Part shown: positions 9,837 through 19,341 of the stretch, piece by piece
How positions within the stretch are numbered: the stretch's first letter is position 1
How the letters are laid out: the number at the start of each line of letters is the position of its first letter
From: an uncultured delta proteobacterium
GTDB lineage: Bacteria > Desulfobacterota > Desulfobacteria > Desulfobacterales > Desulfosalsimonadaceae
Direction of reading: 5' to 3'
Assembly (NCBI GenBank): GCA_963826785.1
Contig: CAWGYD010000001.1
Location: 672,001 to 736,000 of the forward strand
Length of the DNA stretch: 64,000 nt
Notes under the pieces: model-generated
Told to the model about the DNA's origin: nothing
What the model saw: only the letters and a program-made list of their open reading frames with translations
Database searches by the model: none
Program-made: the position numbers and the translations under genes

Positions 9837-10629
9837 TCACTTAATCAGCCGCCGCTTCATGGTCAGCAGGGCCAGGTACCCGAAGATCAGGGTGAAGGCC
9901 ACCAGGTAGGACAGGTTGAAAATCATGTTTGACTCCATGGCCCCGATGCAGAAATAGCGGGTGAGTTCCACCAGGTGGAAGAGGGGGAAAACCAGGGTGA
10001 TCATCCGGGCCCAGTCGGGGATGCCCGAGAGGGGGAAAAAGGTTCCCGAAAACAGAAACATGGGCGTGATAAAGAGAAAGATGGGAAGATTGAACATATC
10101 GATGCTGGGAATGACGCCGGTGAAGAACATGCCGATGGCGGCAAACGCCAGGCCGCCCAAGAACGCCAGCGGAATGCACAACAGCGCGCCCGGGGAAATT
10201 CGCATAGCCTATGGGGATGAGTATCACCAGCATCAGCGCCACCGCGGCCGCCGCCTTGGTGGCCGCCCACACGATTTCGGCGGTGATGATCTCCTCGAGG
10301 CTCATGGGCGTGGCCAGCATGCCGTCATAGGTCTTCTGGTAGTACATGCGCACAAACGAGTTGTAGGTGGTCTCAAAAAAGGAGTTATACATGCAGGCGG
10401 TGGCCACCAGGGCCGGGGCCATGAACCGGGTGTACTCGAGCTTCATCCCGGCATACTCAACTCCTGAGATGAGGCCCGAGAATCCCAGCCCGAAGGCCAG
10501 GATATAAAAGCCGGGCTCCAGGAGCGGGACCAGGAAGTTGACCCGCCAGATGCGGCGGTAGGTGATCAGGTTCCTGAACCAGACATGCCGGAAGCGAAGG
10601 GATATGGTGGAGAGTTTAACGCGGCTCAT
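9837..10629 (-). pseudogene. ABC-2 type permease (NodJ-like), frameshifted near 10190 (real or sequencing error)
   Basis: N-terminal half (LLEPGFY, ETTYNSFVRMYYQKTYDGMLATP) and C-terminal half (ITPMFLFSGTFFP, PLFHLVEL) are in different frames and join at TTCCCCGGG. ATG overlaps the ATPase stop (ATGA). Confidence 0.8.
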
Positions 10630-11552
10630 TCGCGCAGCTCCCTGCCGGTCAGGCGGAGGAAGACGTCCTCGAGATTCCCGGCGCGGAAAAGGCACGCCTC
10701 CACGCAGAATCGCCTGCGGATTTCATTCTCCAGTTCCCCGTCTGCCTCGGTATACAGGATCATCCGTTCGCCCAGATCATCGTGGGAAACGGCACGCTCC
10801 CGGATGAAGCGCCGGAGGTCTTCTCCCGGGCCATCGATTTCGATGACGCTGTCGGCTGCGTGTTCGGCGATCAGGTCTCGCGGCCGCCCCTCGGCGATGA
10901 TGCGGCCGTGGTCCATGATCAGCAGCCGGTCGCACAGGCTTTCCGCCTCGTTCATGTAGTGGGTGGTCAACAGCATGGTCAGCCCCTGCTTTTTCAGCTC
11001 GAACAGGCGGTCCCAGACCTGGTAGCGGGATTGGGGATCCAGGCCGGTGGTCGGCTCGTCCAGGATGAGCAGGTCGGGTTCGGCGATCATCGCCCGCGCC
11101 AGCTGCAGCCGTCGGGCCAGCCCGCCGGAGAGTTCGGCCACCTTGGCGTCCCGTTTGCTGTTTAAGGCGAAGAAGCTGATCTGCTGCTCCGCACGTTTGC
11201 GGGCAGTATGTTTGTCGATGTCGAAATAACGGGCAAAGACCAGCAGGTTCTGTTCGACGGTCAGGTCGGGATCGAGGGTGTTGTCCTGCTGGCAGACCCC
11301 CAGCCGCGCGCGTATCTTGCGCCAGTGGACCCGGATATCCAGGCCGAACACCTCCATTTCCCCGCTGTTAATCGGTGAAAAACCATACAGCATCCGGATG
11401 ACCGAGGTCTTGCCCGCGCCGTTGGGCCCGAGCAGCCCGAAAAACTCGCCGCTTTTTACCTGAAAGCTCACGCCGTCTACGGCGGTAAAACCGCCAAACC
11501 GTTTGACCACCCGCCGGGATTTTATCACTTCCATTTCGCGCATCAGCTCCAC
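10626..11552 (-). CDS. ABC transporter ATP-binding protein (NodI-like); start 11552, 11543 or 11534
   Basis: Walker A GPNGAGKT, signature LSGG, Walker B LILDEPTTGLDPQ, TTHYM and C-terminal NLEDVFLRLTGRELRE. Confidence 0.92.
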   Translation of the reverse strand: MELMREMEVIKSRRVVKRFGGFTAVDGVSFQVKSGEFFGLLGPNGAGKTSVIRMLYGFSPINSGEMEVFGLDIRVHWRKIRARLGVCQQDNTLDPDLTVEQNLLVFARYFDIDKHTARKRAEQQISFFALNSKRDAKVAELSGGLARRLQLARAMIAEPDLLILDEPTTGLDPQSRYQVWDRLFELKKQGLTMLLTTHYMNEAESLCDRLLIMDHGRIIAEGRPRDLIAEHAADSVIEIDGPGEDLRRFIRERAVSHDDLGERMILYTEADGELENEIRRRFCVEACLFRAGNLEDVFLRLTGRELRE

Positions 11553-14291
11553 TTAATCAATATGCCATCTTTCCGGCAGTTTTTTCGCGATCCCCTTGGT
11601 GATCTGCCCGATGATCAAAGGCGTGATGCTGCCTGCGGCGATCAGCAGCCATCCGGTGCGGCCCGGAAGGGTCAGGGAAAGGATGCCGGCCAGAAACGGA
11701 ATCAGCAGCGCGCACAGGATCAGCCCGGTGCACAGGGTCAGGGCCGCCCAGATGAATTTGTTCTTGATCACCAGGTTGTCAAACATTTTTGACCGGGTGT
11801 CGCGCATGTTGAATACATGGAGCAGCCGGGAAAAGGCCAGGGACAGAAAGGAGACGGTGACGGCTTCGGTATTGGAGAATCTAAAATAATACAGCGCCAG
11901 GGCGAACACGGCCAGCACGCATGCGGCGATCACAAATCCGTAATATCCGATAAATGCCCAGTTGTACCGCGTGATGATGGGTTCCTTCGGATCCCGGGGC
12001 GGCCGCTCCATCACGTCGGGCCCCTCATCGCTCATGCCCAGGGCCAGGGCGGGGAAGGCGTCGTTGATGGCGTTTAAATACAGGATCTGCAGGGGGAGCA
12101 GGGGCAGGGGGGCGGTGAACAGGGATGCCGCCGCCACGATCAGGATCTCCCCCATGTTGCCGGAGATCAGGTAAAGCACGAACTTGCGGATGTTGTTGAA
12201 AATGGATCGGCCGTGTTCGACGGCCGCCACGATGGTGGAAAATGCGTCATCCTGGAGGATGATGTCGGCGGCTTCCTTGGCGATTTCCTCCCCCCGCCGC
12301 CCCATGGCGATCCCGATTTCCGCTTTTTTGAGCGCGGGCGCATCGTTCACCCCGTCGCCGGTCATGCCCACGATATTTCCCGCTTCCTGGTATATGCGGA
12401 TCAGGTTCAGTTTCTGTTCCGGAGATACCCGGTAAAACACCGCACAGGAAAGAATCTCTTCCCGCTCCTGTGTCGTGAGGTCTTCCAAGCATTCCAGGTC
12501 TTTTCCTTCCAGCATCAGCGGATCGGAGTGATCCGGGTCGATGAGTTCGACGGCCCGGGCCACGTTTCCGGCGGTGACCGCCTGGTCTCCGGTGGCCATA
12601 ATGACTTTGATGCCCGCTTGTTTGCACTCCCGGATGGCCGGAATCACTTCCCTGCGGGGCGGATCATAGATGCCGGTATATCCCAGCAGGGTCAAATCCC
12701 GGTAGGGGTCGGCATCGGCCGAATCAATTGTTTTTGAGGCAATGGCCAGGATGCGCAGGCCCGAATCGGCCATCTGCCGGTTGGTGGCCTCCCATTTTTC
12801 CTTTTGGGCATCGCTGAAATCCGTGTCTCCGCCGGGCGCGGCAATCCGGGTGCAGGCATGTAACACCGCTTCGGGAGCGCCCTTGACCATTGCCTGAAAA
12901 CCCGGTTGAACCCGATGGATGGTGGCCATCATCTTGACCCGGGGATCAAATGCCACCTCCTTTTCCTCCGGTTTTTGATCAAGAAGAGCATCTTTTGAAA
13001 ATCCGGCTTTTCGGCCCAGCACCAGAAGCGCCACTTCCATGGGGTCTCCCAGCGGGCGGAGGTCTCCTTGCTTTTCGGCAAGGGACGCATTGGTGCAGAG
13101 CATGGCGCTTTCAATCAGCCGGTAGGCTGTGGAATCCCTGGAAAAGGACACTTCAGCACCGTCTTTTCCCCTGATGGTGTTTTCGGTGTCCAGGCCTTCG
13201 CCCTCCACCTCCACCGTCAATTCCGGCATGACCAGCCGGGTGACGGTCATCTGGTTTTCGGTGAGGGTGCCGGTCTTGTCCGTGATGATAATATTGGTGG
13301 CGCCCAGGGTCTGCACGGCGGACAGCCGCCGGACCAATGCATTTCGTTTGATCATCCGGCGCATGCCCCGGGCCAGGGAAACCGTTGCCACCACGGGCAG
13401 CCCTTCTGGAATGGCCGCCACGATCAGCACGATGGTGGTTTCCAGCATCAAAAAAAGATCCCTGCCGGAGAGGATTCCGGCGATGCCCGTGAGAGCGGCC
13501 ACTCCGATGATCACCAGGATGAGCCGCCGAGCCAGTCGATCCAGACGCTTCTCCAGGGGGTCGGCCTCCTGCTCGGCTTCCTCGGCCAGGGTGCTGATGT
13601 TGCCGATCTCCGTGTTCATGCCGGTGGCGCAAACGATCCCCTTCCCCGATCCCATGGTCACCGCGGTCCCCTTGTAGAGCATGTTGGTGCGCTCGGCCAA
13701 AGAGATATCCTCCGGGAGGGGCTGCACGGTTTTGGTGACGGGCAGGGATTCTCCGGTAAGGGCGGATTCGTTGATCTGCAGTTTGGCGGATTCGAACAGG
13801 CGGATGTCGGCCGTGACCACCTGGCCGCTCTCCAGGTGCACTATGTCCCCGGGGACCAGTTTCCGGGCGTCGATTTTTTTGAGTTTGCCGCCCCGCATAA
13901 CATGGGTGTGCCGTTTGTCCAGCCGGGTGAGAGCCTCCATGGAGCGGACCGCCTTGAGTTCCGTGAAAAACCCGATCCCCGCGTTGAGCAGCATGGCCGC
14001 GATGATGGCCATTGCGTCGACGTACTGGGAAAAGGCGAAGGAAAGCACGGCGGCTATGCCCAGAAAGACCATGATCAGGCTTTTAAACTGCTCCGCCAGG
14101 ATCTGCGCCGCGCTCTTGGCCTTTTTCCCCCGAAGTGCATTTGGCCCGAATCCAGACCGCCTGCGGGCCGCTTCCTGCCGGTCCAAACCCTGATCCATCA
14201 AAACGGAGAGTTCTTCTGCGACCTTTGCCGGAGTCCGGCTCCAGGGGGCTAAAACCGGCCTGCCCGCGTCTTGAGAATGCGTATCAGCCAC
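11553..14291 (-). CDS. Cation-transporting P-type ATPase (P2A / Ca2+-type)
   Basis: TGES, IPEGLP, DKTGTLT phosphorylation motif, KGAPE, TGD and GDGVNDAPALK. Confidence 0.94.
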   Translation of the reverse strand: MADTHSQDAGRPVLAPWSRTPAKVAEELSVLMDQGLDRQEAARRRSGFGPNALRGKKAKSAAQILAEQFKSLIMVFLGIAAVLSFAFSQYVDAMAIIAAMLLNAGIGFFTELKAVRSMEALTRLDKRHTHVMRGGKLKKIDARKLVPGDIVHLESGQVVTADIRLFESAKLQINESALTGESLPVTKTVQPLPEDISLAERTNMLYKGTAVTMGSGKGIVCATGMNTEIGNISTLAEEAEQEADPLEKRLDRLARRLILVIIGVAALTGIAGILSGRDLFLMLETTIVLIVAAIPEGLPVVATVSLARGMRRMIKRNALVRRLSAVQTLGATNIIITDKTGTLTENQMTVTRLVMPELTVEVEGEGLDTENTIRGKDGAEVSFSRDSTAYRLIESAMLCTNASLAEKQGDLRPLGDPMEVALLVLGRKAGFSKDALLDQKPEEKEVAFDPRVKMMATIHRVQPGFQAMVKGAPEAVLHACTRIAAPGGDTDFSDAQKEKWEATNRQMADSGLRILAIASKTIDSADADPYRDLTLLGYTGIYDPPRREVIPAIRECKQAGIKVIMATGDQAVTAGNVARAVELIDPDHSDPLMLEGKDLECLEDLTTQEREEILSCAVFYRVSPEQKLNLIRIYQEAGNIVGMTGDGVNDAPALKKAEIGIAMGRRGEEIAKEAADIILQDDAFSTIVAAVEHGRSIFNNIRKFVLYLISGNMGEILIVAAASLFTAPLPLLPLQILYLNAINDAFPALALGMSDEGPDVMERPPRDPKEPIITRYNWAFIGYYGFVIAACVLAVFALALYYFRFSNTEAVTVSFLSLAFSRLLHVFNMRDTRSKMFDNLVIKNKFIWAALTLCTGLILCALLIPFLAGILSLTLPGRTGWLLIAAGSITPLIIGQITKGIAKKLPERWHID

Positions 14292-14748
14292 TTAAATCCT
14301 GTTCCTCGGGGTTGATGGGGATCTCAACCACCGGCACCGGGGAATTTCGCAGCACTTTTTCGGTGACGCTTCCGAACCTGTAGTCGCCTTTTTCTCCGCT
14401 GCTGGACATCACCACGATGTCGATGCCTTCCTGGTCAATGAATTTCAGGATTTCCTGCGCGGGATCTCCCACCACGGTGTGCCGCACGTAAAGGGGGCAG
14501 CCTTCCATATGCTCGGCACATATCTTATCCAGCCGGTTTTTGGCATCCGCCTCGAGTTTTTTCAGCAGATGGTCGACATGCTCCCGGTCAAACACGCCAT
14601 ACCAGCCTTCATGGCGGATAATGTCCTCGATCACGTACAGCACATGAATTTCCGCCTGGTATTTCTCGGTAAGCGATTTCACATAGGGCAGGGCGGCTTC
14701 GGCCCTTCCGGAAAAATCGGTCGGCCATAATACCTTTTTGATCTCCAT
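14284..14748 (-). CDS. Universal stress protein
   Basis: VLWPTDFS, GDPAQEI and FGSVTEKVLRNSPVPV. GGAGG RBS. Confidence 0.93.
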   Translation of the reverse strand: MEIKKVLWPTDFSGRAEAALPYVKSLTEKYQAEIHVLYVIEDIIRHEGWYGVFDREHVDHLLKKLEADAKNRLDKICAEHMEGCPLYVRHTVVGDPAQEILKFIDQEGIDIVVMSSSGEKGDYRFGSVTEKVLRNSPVPVVEIPINPEEQDLSG

Positions 14749-14990
14749 TGGAGGCCTCCTTTAATTATCCTTTGACTATATCTTTCTCATAAAAATAATC
14801 CGCATCAGGTGAAAGTCGAATGGTCATATGCGTTGGATCTCCAGCCGGGACGGCATGAAACCCGGCTGACGGATACATCGCCTCCAGTCATCCGCCAGCG
14901 AGGGCCTTGAAAAAATAATCCTTGATCGCAACTTGTGTGCGGTTTTATGCTTGGGCCGTCAAATGCAAAATGAGATCGGGATATTCAAAA

Positions 14991-15668
14991 ATGCGCATCC
15001 TGCTGGTGGAAGATGAAAAGAAGATGGCCTCCTTCATCGAAAGGGGCTTGAAAGAGCAGCAGTATACCGTGGATATGGCCCACGACGGGGACACGGGGCT
15101 GTTTCTGGCCGAGACCAACCCCTATGATCTTCTTGTGCTCGATATCAATTTACCCGGAAAAGACGGGTTTACCATCTGCCGGGAACTGCGGGGCAGGCAC
15201 ATCGATGTCCCCATCCTGATGCTGACGGCCCGAGACGATGTGAAAGACCGGATCTTCGGGCTGGATTCCGGGGCCGACGACTACCTGACCAAGCCGTTTG
15301 CCTTCGGCGAGTTTTTGGCCCGGGTGCGGGTGCTGCTGCGGCGCCAGCAGCCCAACAGGACCACCACCCTGAAGATGGCGGACCTGGAGCTGGATCAGCT
15401 CACCCGCCAGGTGACCCGGGGCGGTAAAATCATCGAACTGACCGCCACCGAATTTGCGCTGCTGGAATATTTGATGATAAACGCCGGCCGGACCGTGACC
15501 CGGACCATGATATCGGAGCACGTCTGGCACCAGGATTTCGACAGCTTCTCCAACGTCATCAACGTGTATGTCAATTACCTGCGCAAAAAAATCGATGCGG
15601 ATTCTCCCCACAAGCTGATCCACGCGGTGCGCGGCGTCGGGTACGTGGTCAAAGAACAGCCGTCATGA
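14991..15668 (+). CDS. OmpR-family response regulator (CusR/CzcR-like)
   Basis: MRILLVEDE, LDINLPGKDG, GADDYLTKPF and a winged helix NVINVYVNYLRKKID...VRGVGY. Confidence 0.93.
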   Translation: MRILLVEDEKKMASFIERGLKEQQYTVDMAHDGDTGLFLAETNPYDLLVLDINLPGKDGFTICRELRGRHIDVPILMLTARDDVKDRIFGLDSGADDYLTKPFAFGEFLARVRVLLRRQQPNRTTTLKMADLELDQLTRQVTRGGKIIELTATEFALLEYLMINAGRTVTRTMISEHVWHQDFDSFSNVINVYVNYLRKKIDADSPHKLIHAVRGVGYVVKEQPS

Positions 15669-17125
15669 AAGTAAATTCCATCCGTTTCAAGGCCAGTGTC
15701 CTGTATTCCACCATACTGTGCCTCATCCTCATCGTTTTCAGCGGCGTGCTTTTCAGCGTCACCCGCCACATCCTCTATCGCGATATCGACGAGGAACTGA
15801 TGATCAAAGCCAACGAGATCATCAACATCATCCATTCCTATGAAACCCTGAACCGGCCCGAAGCCCAGACCCGGCATCTCATCAATAAGCTGCTGGGCGT
15901 CCCGGACCCCACCCGGCTGATCATCGATGACTTGTGGCGGTCCAACGTCCAGGCCTTAAACCTGAAAAACGATTACATCCTGGTCTTCAATTCCCAGGGG
16001 CAGCCGGTCATCGTGTCCGGCAATGTCGACAAGGATATCGCGATGATGTTCAAGGGCCAGCTTCCCATATCCATGAAGGCGGCCATCTTTAAAAATATTT
16101 ACGATCCGGGCCATAAACTCCGTTCGGTCAATCTGCCGTTTGCCTTTGAAAATAAAAATCCACTGGTGATCCAGGTGGCCACCCCGCTGAACGCGGTAGC
16201 TCATCTCTTGAACCGCCTGATGCTGTTTATCGCGGCTTCCATCGTCTTTATCCTGGCCCTGACTTCCTTTCTGGGCGGCTTTTTTGCCCGGCGGATTTTG
16301 AGGCCGGTGATGAGCGTTACCGAAATGGCAGATGACATCTCCCATACGGACCTGAACCGCCGGATCGGTGAAATGGCCGCCGATGAGGAAATGCAGCGCC
16401 TGATCCACTCATTTAACCTGATGATCGGCCGCATTGAAAAGGCGTTCAACCACGTCAATGAATTCAGCTCCCACGTGGCCCACGAACTCAAGACCCCGCT
16501 GGCCATTATCCGGGGGGAACTCGAACTGGCGCTGTCTGAAACCCGGGATGCGGCCGAATACCAGCGGGTGCTGGAAACCAGCCTGGAGGAAACCGACCGG
16601 CTGATCCGGATCGTCAAAGACCTGCTCCTGCTGGCCCGGCTCGATTACAACCCGGATATCTACCATTTCGAAAAGTTCGACCTGTCGGAATTTCTAAGGG
16701 AAATCGAAGAAAACAGCCGCATCCTGGCCATGGAAAAACAGATCGGCATCGGCCTTCAAACCCCCGCGCTTCCCGTTCATATCAGCGGCGACCGGACCCA
16801 CCTGCGGCGCCTGTTTTTCAACCTGATCAACAATGCCGTCAAATTCACCCCTGTGGACGGCCGCATCACCCTATCCCTGTCGTCCGGGGATCACGCCGCC
16901 CGAATTGCCGTATCCGACACCGGCATCGGCATCGCTGAAAAAGACCTGCCGAAAATTTTCGATAAATTTTTCCGGGTTCCCTATGATCCGTCGGTCACGG
17001 GCTTCGGCAGCGGGCTGGGGTTGAACATCGCGCGCTCCATCGCCGCCGCCCACAAAGGCGAAATCACGGTAACCAGCTGCCTGGGCCAGGGTTCCACCTT
17101 TATCGTCATCCTGCCTCTTTCCTGA
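15665..17125 (+). CDS. Sensor histidine kinase (two TM segments, HAMP, HisKA, HATPase)
   Basis: AHELKTPL H-box, NLINNAVKF N-box, DTGIGI and GSGLGL. ATGA overlap with the regulator. Confidence 0.93.
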   Translation: MKVNSIRFKASVLYSTILCLILIVFSGVLFSVTRHILYRDIDEELMIKANEIINIIHSYETLNRPEAQTRHLINKLLGVPDPTRLIIDDLWRSNVQALNLKNDYILVFNSQGQPVIVSGNVDKDIAMMFKGQLPISMKAAIFKNIYDPGHKLRSVNLPFAFENKNPLVIQVATPLNAVAHLLNRLMLFIAASIVFILALTSFLGGFFARRILRPVMSVTEMADDISHTDLNRRIGEMAADEEMQRLIHSFNLMIGRIEKAFNHVNEFSSHVAHELKTPLAIIRGELELALSETRDAAEYQRVLETSLEETDRLIRIVKDLLLLARLDYNPDIYHFEKFDLSEFLREIEENSRILAMEKQIGIGLQTPALPVHISGDRTHLRRLFFNLINNAVKFTPVDGRITLSLSSGDHAARIAVSDTGIGIAEKDLPKIFDKFFRVPYDPSVTGFGSGLGLNIARSIAAAHKGEITVTSCLGQGSTFIVILPLS

Positions 17126-17161
17126 ATTTCAGCTCTTTTTCATCTTCGCATCCAGATAAGA

Positions 17162-17181
17162 AAATTTTAATCAAATTTTAA
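17162..17181 (+). promoter_or_regulatory. Tandem direct repeat AAATTTTAA-N2-AAATTTTAA, candidate OmpR-type binding site
   Basis: Exact 9-mer at 17162 and 17173 (11-bp period), upstream of the receiver and htrA genes. Confidence 0.5.
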
Positions 17182-17288
17182 CCGGATTCTTATTGATCAT
17201 CCGGTAATATGCCCCCGTATGGTTTCAATGAAGGCAAAAAAATCGCCTTGTGGATGAACAGCCAGGAAAACCGGTAGGGGATCAGCCC

Positions 17289-17645
17289 ATGAAAACCATT
17301 TTGATTGTCGACGATGAAGAGCGGATCAGAAACATCTATTGCAGGACATTTCGCAAGGAAGGCTTCGAGGTCTTTGAAGCGGCCAGCGCCGGGGACGCCT
17401 ATGAAGTCATGACGGCCCAGAAGCTGGACATGATCCTGCTGGACATCCACATGGCCGAAGTTGACGGCGTGGTGCTCTATGACGCCATCCGGATGTTTCA
17501 CCGGAATGTCCGGGTCATCGTCACCAGCGTCTTTTCCGTGGAGAGCCAGAAATCGCTCATCGAAGAGGCCGCCGATTACTACGACAAGTCGGAAAGCATT
17601 CAGATCCTGGTGAGGAAAGTCAGGGCCGGGCTGCGGATGAATTAA
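17289..17645 (+). CDS. Single-domain response regulator (receiver only)
   Basis: ILIVDDE, LLDIHMAEVDG, conserved T/S and K; no output domain. Confidence 0.85.
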   Translation: MKTILIVDDEERIRNIYCRTFRKEGFEVFEAASAGDAYEVMTAQKLDMILLDIHMAEVDGVVLYDAIRMFHRNVRVIVTSVFSVESQKSLIEEAADYYDKSESIQILVRKVRAGLRMN

Positions 17646-17715
17646 ACGCCGTTAGCCAGCGATCGGAACCGGCAGGGATGTGTATTGGAAAAAAAGAAGA
17701 TGAAGGAGGCTTTAC

Positions 17716-19179
17716 ATGCAGTTGTACAGGTTAAATACTAAAAAACTTTGCAAATTCACCATTTTTCTGGCCGTGGCATTTGCAGCGGCCTTTATGCTCA
17801 TTCCCCGGGCGGGTTCGGCATCCGGAAAACGCTCCCCCGCAGTTCCCATGGTGCCGCAGAGCTTCACCCAGTTAGCCAAATCCGCCAGCCCCTCGGTGGT
17901 GAACATCAGGACAGAAAAGACCGTCAGCATGGGGGGGCGGATGTTTCAGCCGTTCATGGGACACCGGAACATGCCCAACGGCAACGATCCCTTCCAGGAT
18001 TTCTTCGGCCGTTTTTTCAACAACGGCCCGCAGCGGGAATTCAAACAGAAAAGCCTCGGGTCGGGGTTCATCCTGGACCAGGACGGGTATATCGTCACCA
18101 ACGATCATGTGATCAAGGATGCCGACAAAATCCAGGTGAAATTAAAAGACGGCAAGGAATATCCGGCCGAAATCATCGGCGCCGATCCGTCCACCGATCT
18201 CGCGCTCATCAAGATTAAGGCGGATCATCTCCCCGCGCTGCCCCTGGGCGATTCGGATTCACTGGAAGTGGGGGAATGGGTGGTGGCCATCGGCAGCCCC
18301 TTCGGCCTTGAACACACGGTCACTGCAGGCATCGTCAGCGCAAAAGGGCGCGTGATCGGCGCCGGCCCCTATGACGATTTCATCCAGACCGATGCGTCCA
18401 TCAATCCCGGCAACTCCGGCGGGCCGCTGCTCGACATGAGCGGCGAGGTGGTGGGCATCAACACCGCCATCATCGCCGGCGGCGAGGGGATCGGGTTTGC
18501 CATTCCCTCCAATATGGCCAAGAACGTCATCGAACAGTTGAAAAAGAGCGGCGAAGTGACCCGGGGGTGGCTCGGCGTGGCTATCCAGGACCTGGATGCG
18601 GGCATGAAAACCTATTTCAAAGCCGACCACGGGGTTCTGGTGGGGGATGTATTCCCCGGCGACCCGGCGGATAAGGCCGGCATCAAGACCAACGACATCA
18701 TCCTGTCCGTGAACGGAAACCCCGTCGACTCGGCCCGTGATCTGTCCCAGCGCGTCTCGGGGCTGAAGGTCGGGGATACGGCAACCTTGAAAATCCTGCG
18801 CGACGGCCGGGAGCAGACGGTGGATGTGAAAATCTCCAAGCGCGATGAATCGGCGCTTGCGGACAACCAGGGGCAGCCCGGCCAATCATCTTCGGCTTTC
18901 GGCGTACAGGTCTCCGACATCACGCCCGACATCGCCGGCAAATACAATGTAAACCCGGATCAGGGGGTCATCGTGAATTCCGTCGAGCCCGACAGCCAGG
19001 GGGACAAGGCCGGAATTCAGCAGGGAGACCTGGTGGTGGAAATCAATCATCAGGCCGTCAAGAGCGTATCGGATTACCGCAAGATCATCGGCGGCATCAA
19101 GGATGGGGATTCCGCCCAGATGTATATCAAACGACCCAACGGCGGATTTATGGTGATCACGCTGACCAAAAACAAATAA
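17716..19179 (+). CDS. degQ: Do/DegQ (HtrA) family periplasmic serine protease with two PDZ domains
   Basis: SLGSGF, VTNDHV, DLALIK, IQTDASINPGNSGGPL and RGWLGV. AAGGAGG RBS. Confidence 0.93.
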   Translation: MQLYRLNTKKLCKFTIFLAVAFAAAFMLIPRAGSASGKRSPAVPMVPQSFTQLAKSASPSVVNIRTEKTVSMGGRMFQPFMGHRNMPNGNDPFQDFFGRFFNNGPQREFKQKSLGSGFILDQDGYIVTNDHVIKDADKIQVKLKDGKEYPAEIIGADPSTDLALIKIKADHLPALPLGDSDSLEVGEWVVAIGSPFGLEHTVTAGIVSAKGRVIGAGPYDDFIQTDASINPGNSGGPLLDMSGEVVGINTAIIAGGEGIGFAIPSNMAKNVIEQLKKSGEVTRGWLGVAIQDLDAGMKTYFKADHGVLVGDVFPGDPADKAGIKTNDIILSVNGNPVDSARDLSQRVSGLKVGDTATLKILRDGREQTVDVKISKRDESALADNQGQPGQSSSAFGVQVSDITPDIAGKYNVNPDQGVIVNSVEPDSQGDKAGIQQGDLVVEINHQAVKSVSDYRKIIGGIKDGDSAQMYIKRPNGGFMVITLTKNK

Positions 19180-19186
19180 CCCTCAA

Positions 19187-19209
19187 GGGCGGACACGCAG
19201 GATCCGCCC
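19187..19209. repeat. REP-like palindrome
   Basis: GGGCGGA-cacgcagga-TCCGCCC just after the htrA stop; resembles the GTAGGGGCGxACC...GTxCGCCC class of REP. Confidence 0.45.
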
Positions 19210-19250
19210 CATTTTCCCCCCGCCATTTGCTTCTCCTCAAATGGCGTTTA

Positions 19251-19293
19251 ACCGGCCGGCTAAAAACCCTCCCCCTGGGTTTTGCCGGCCGGT
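19251..19293. terminator. Hairpin, probably a bidirectional terminator between convergent genes
   Basis: ACCGGCCGGC...GCCGGCCGGT stem with an inner AAAACC/GGTTTT extension. Confidence 0.6.
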
Positions 19294-19341
19294 CTTATTT
19301 AGTCACATATCAGGTTTTTGGTCCCGGCCACGATCCATCCG

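Noticed and set aside
13068..14252. Long antisense or alternative-frame ORFs (also 1476-2774, 7739-8689, 31093-32049, 44616-45674)
   Set aside because: These are typical shadow ORFs of high-GC coding regions, with no recognisable motifs, and they overlap well-supported genes.
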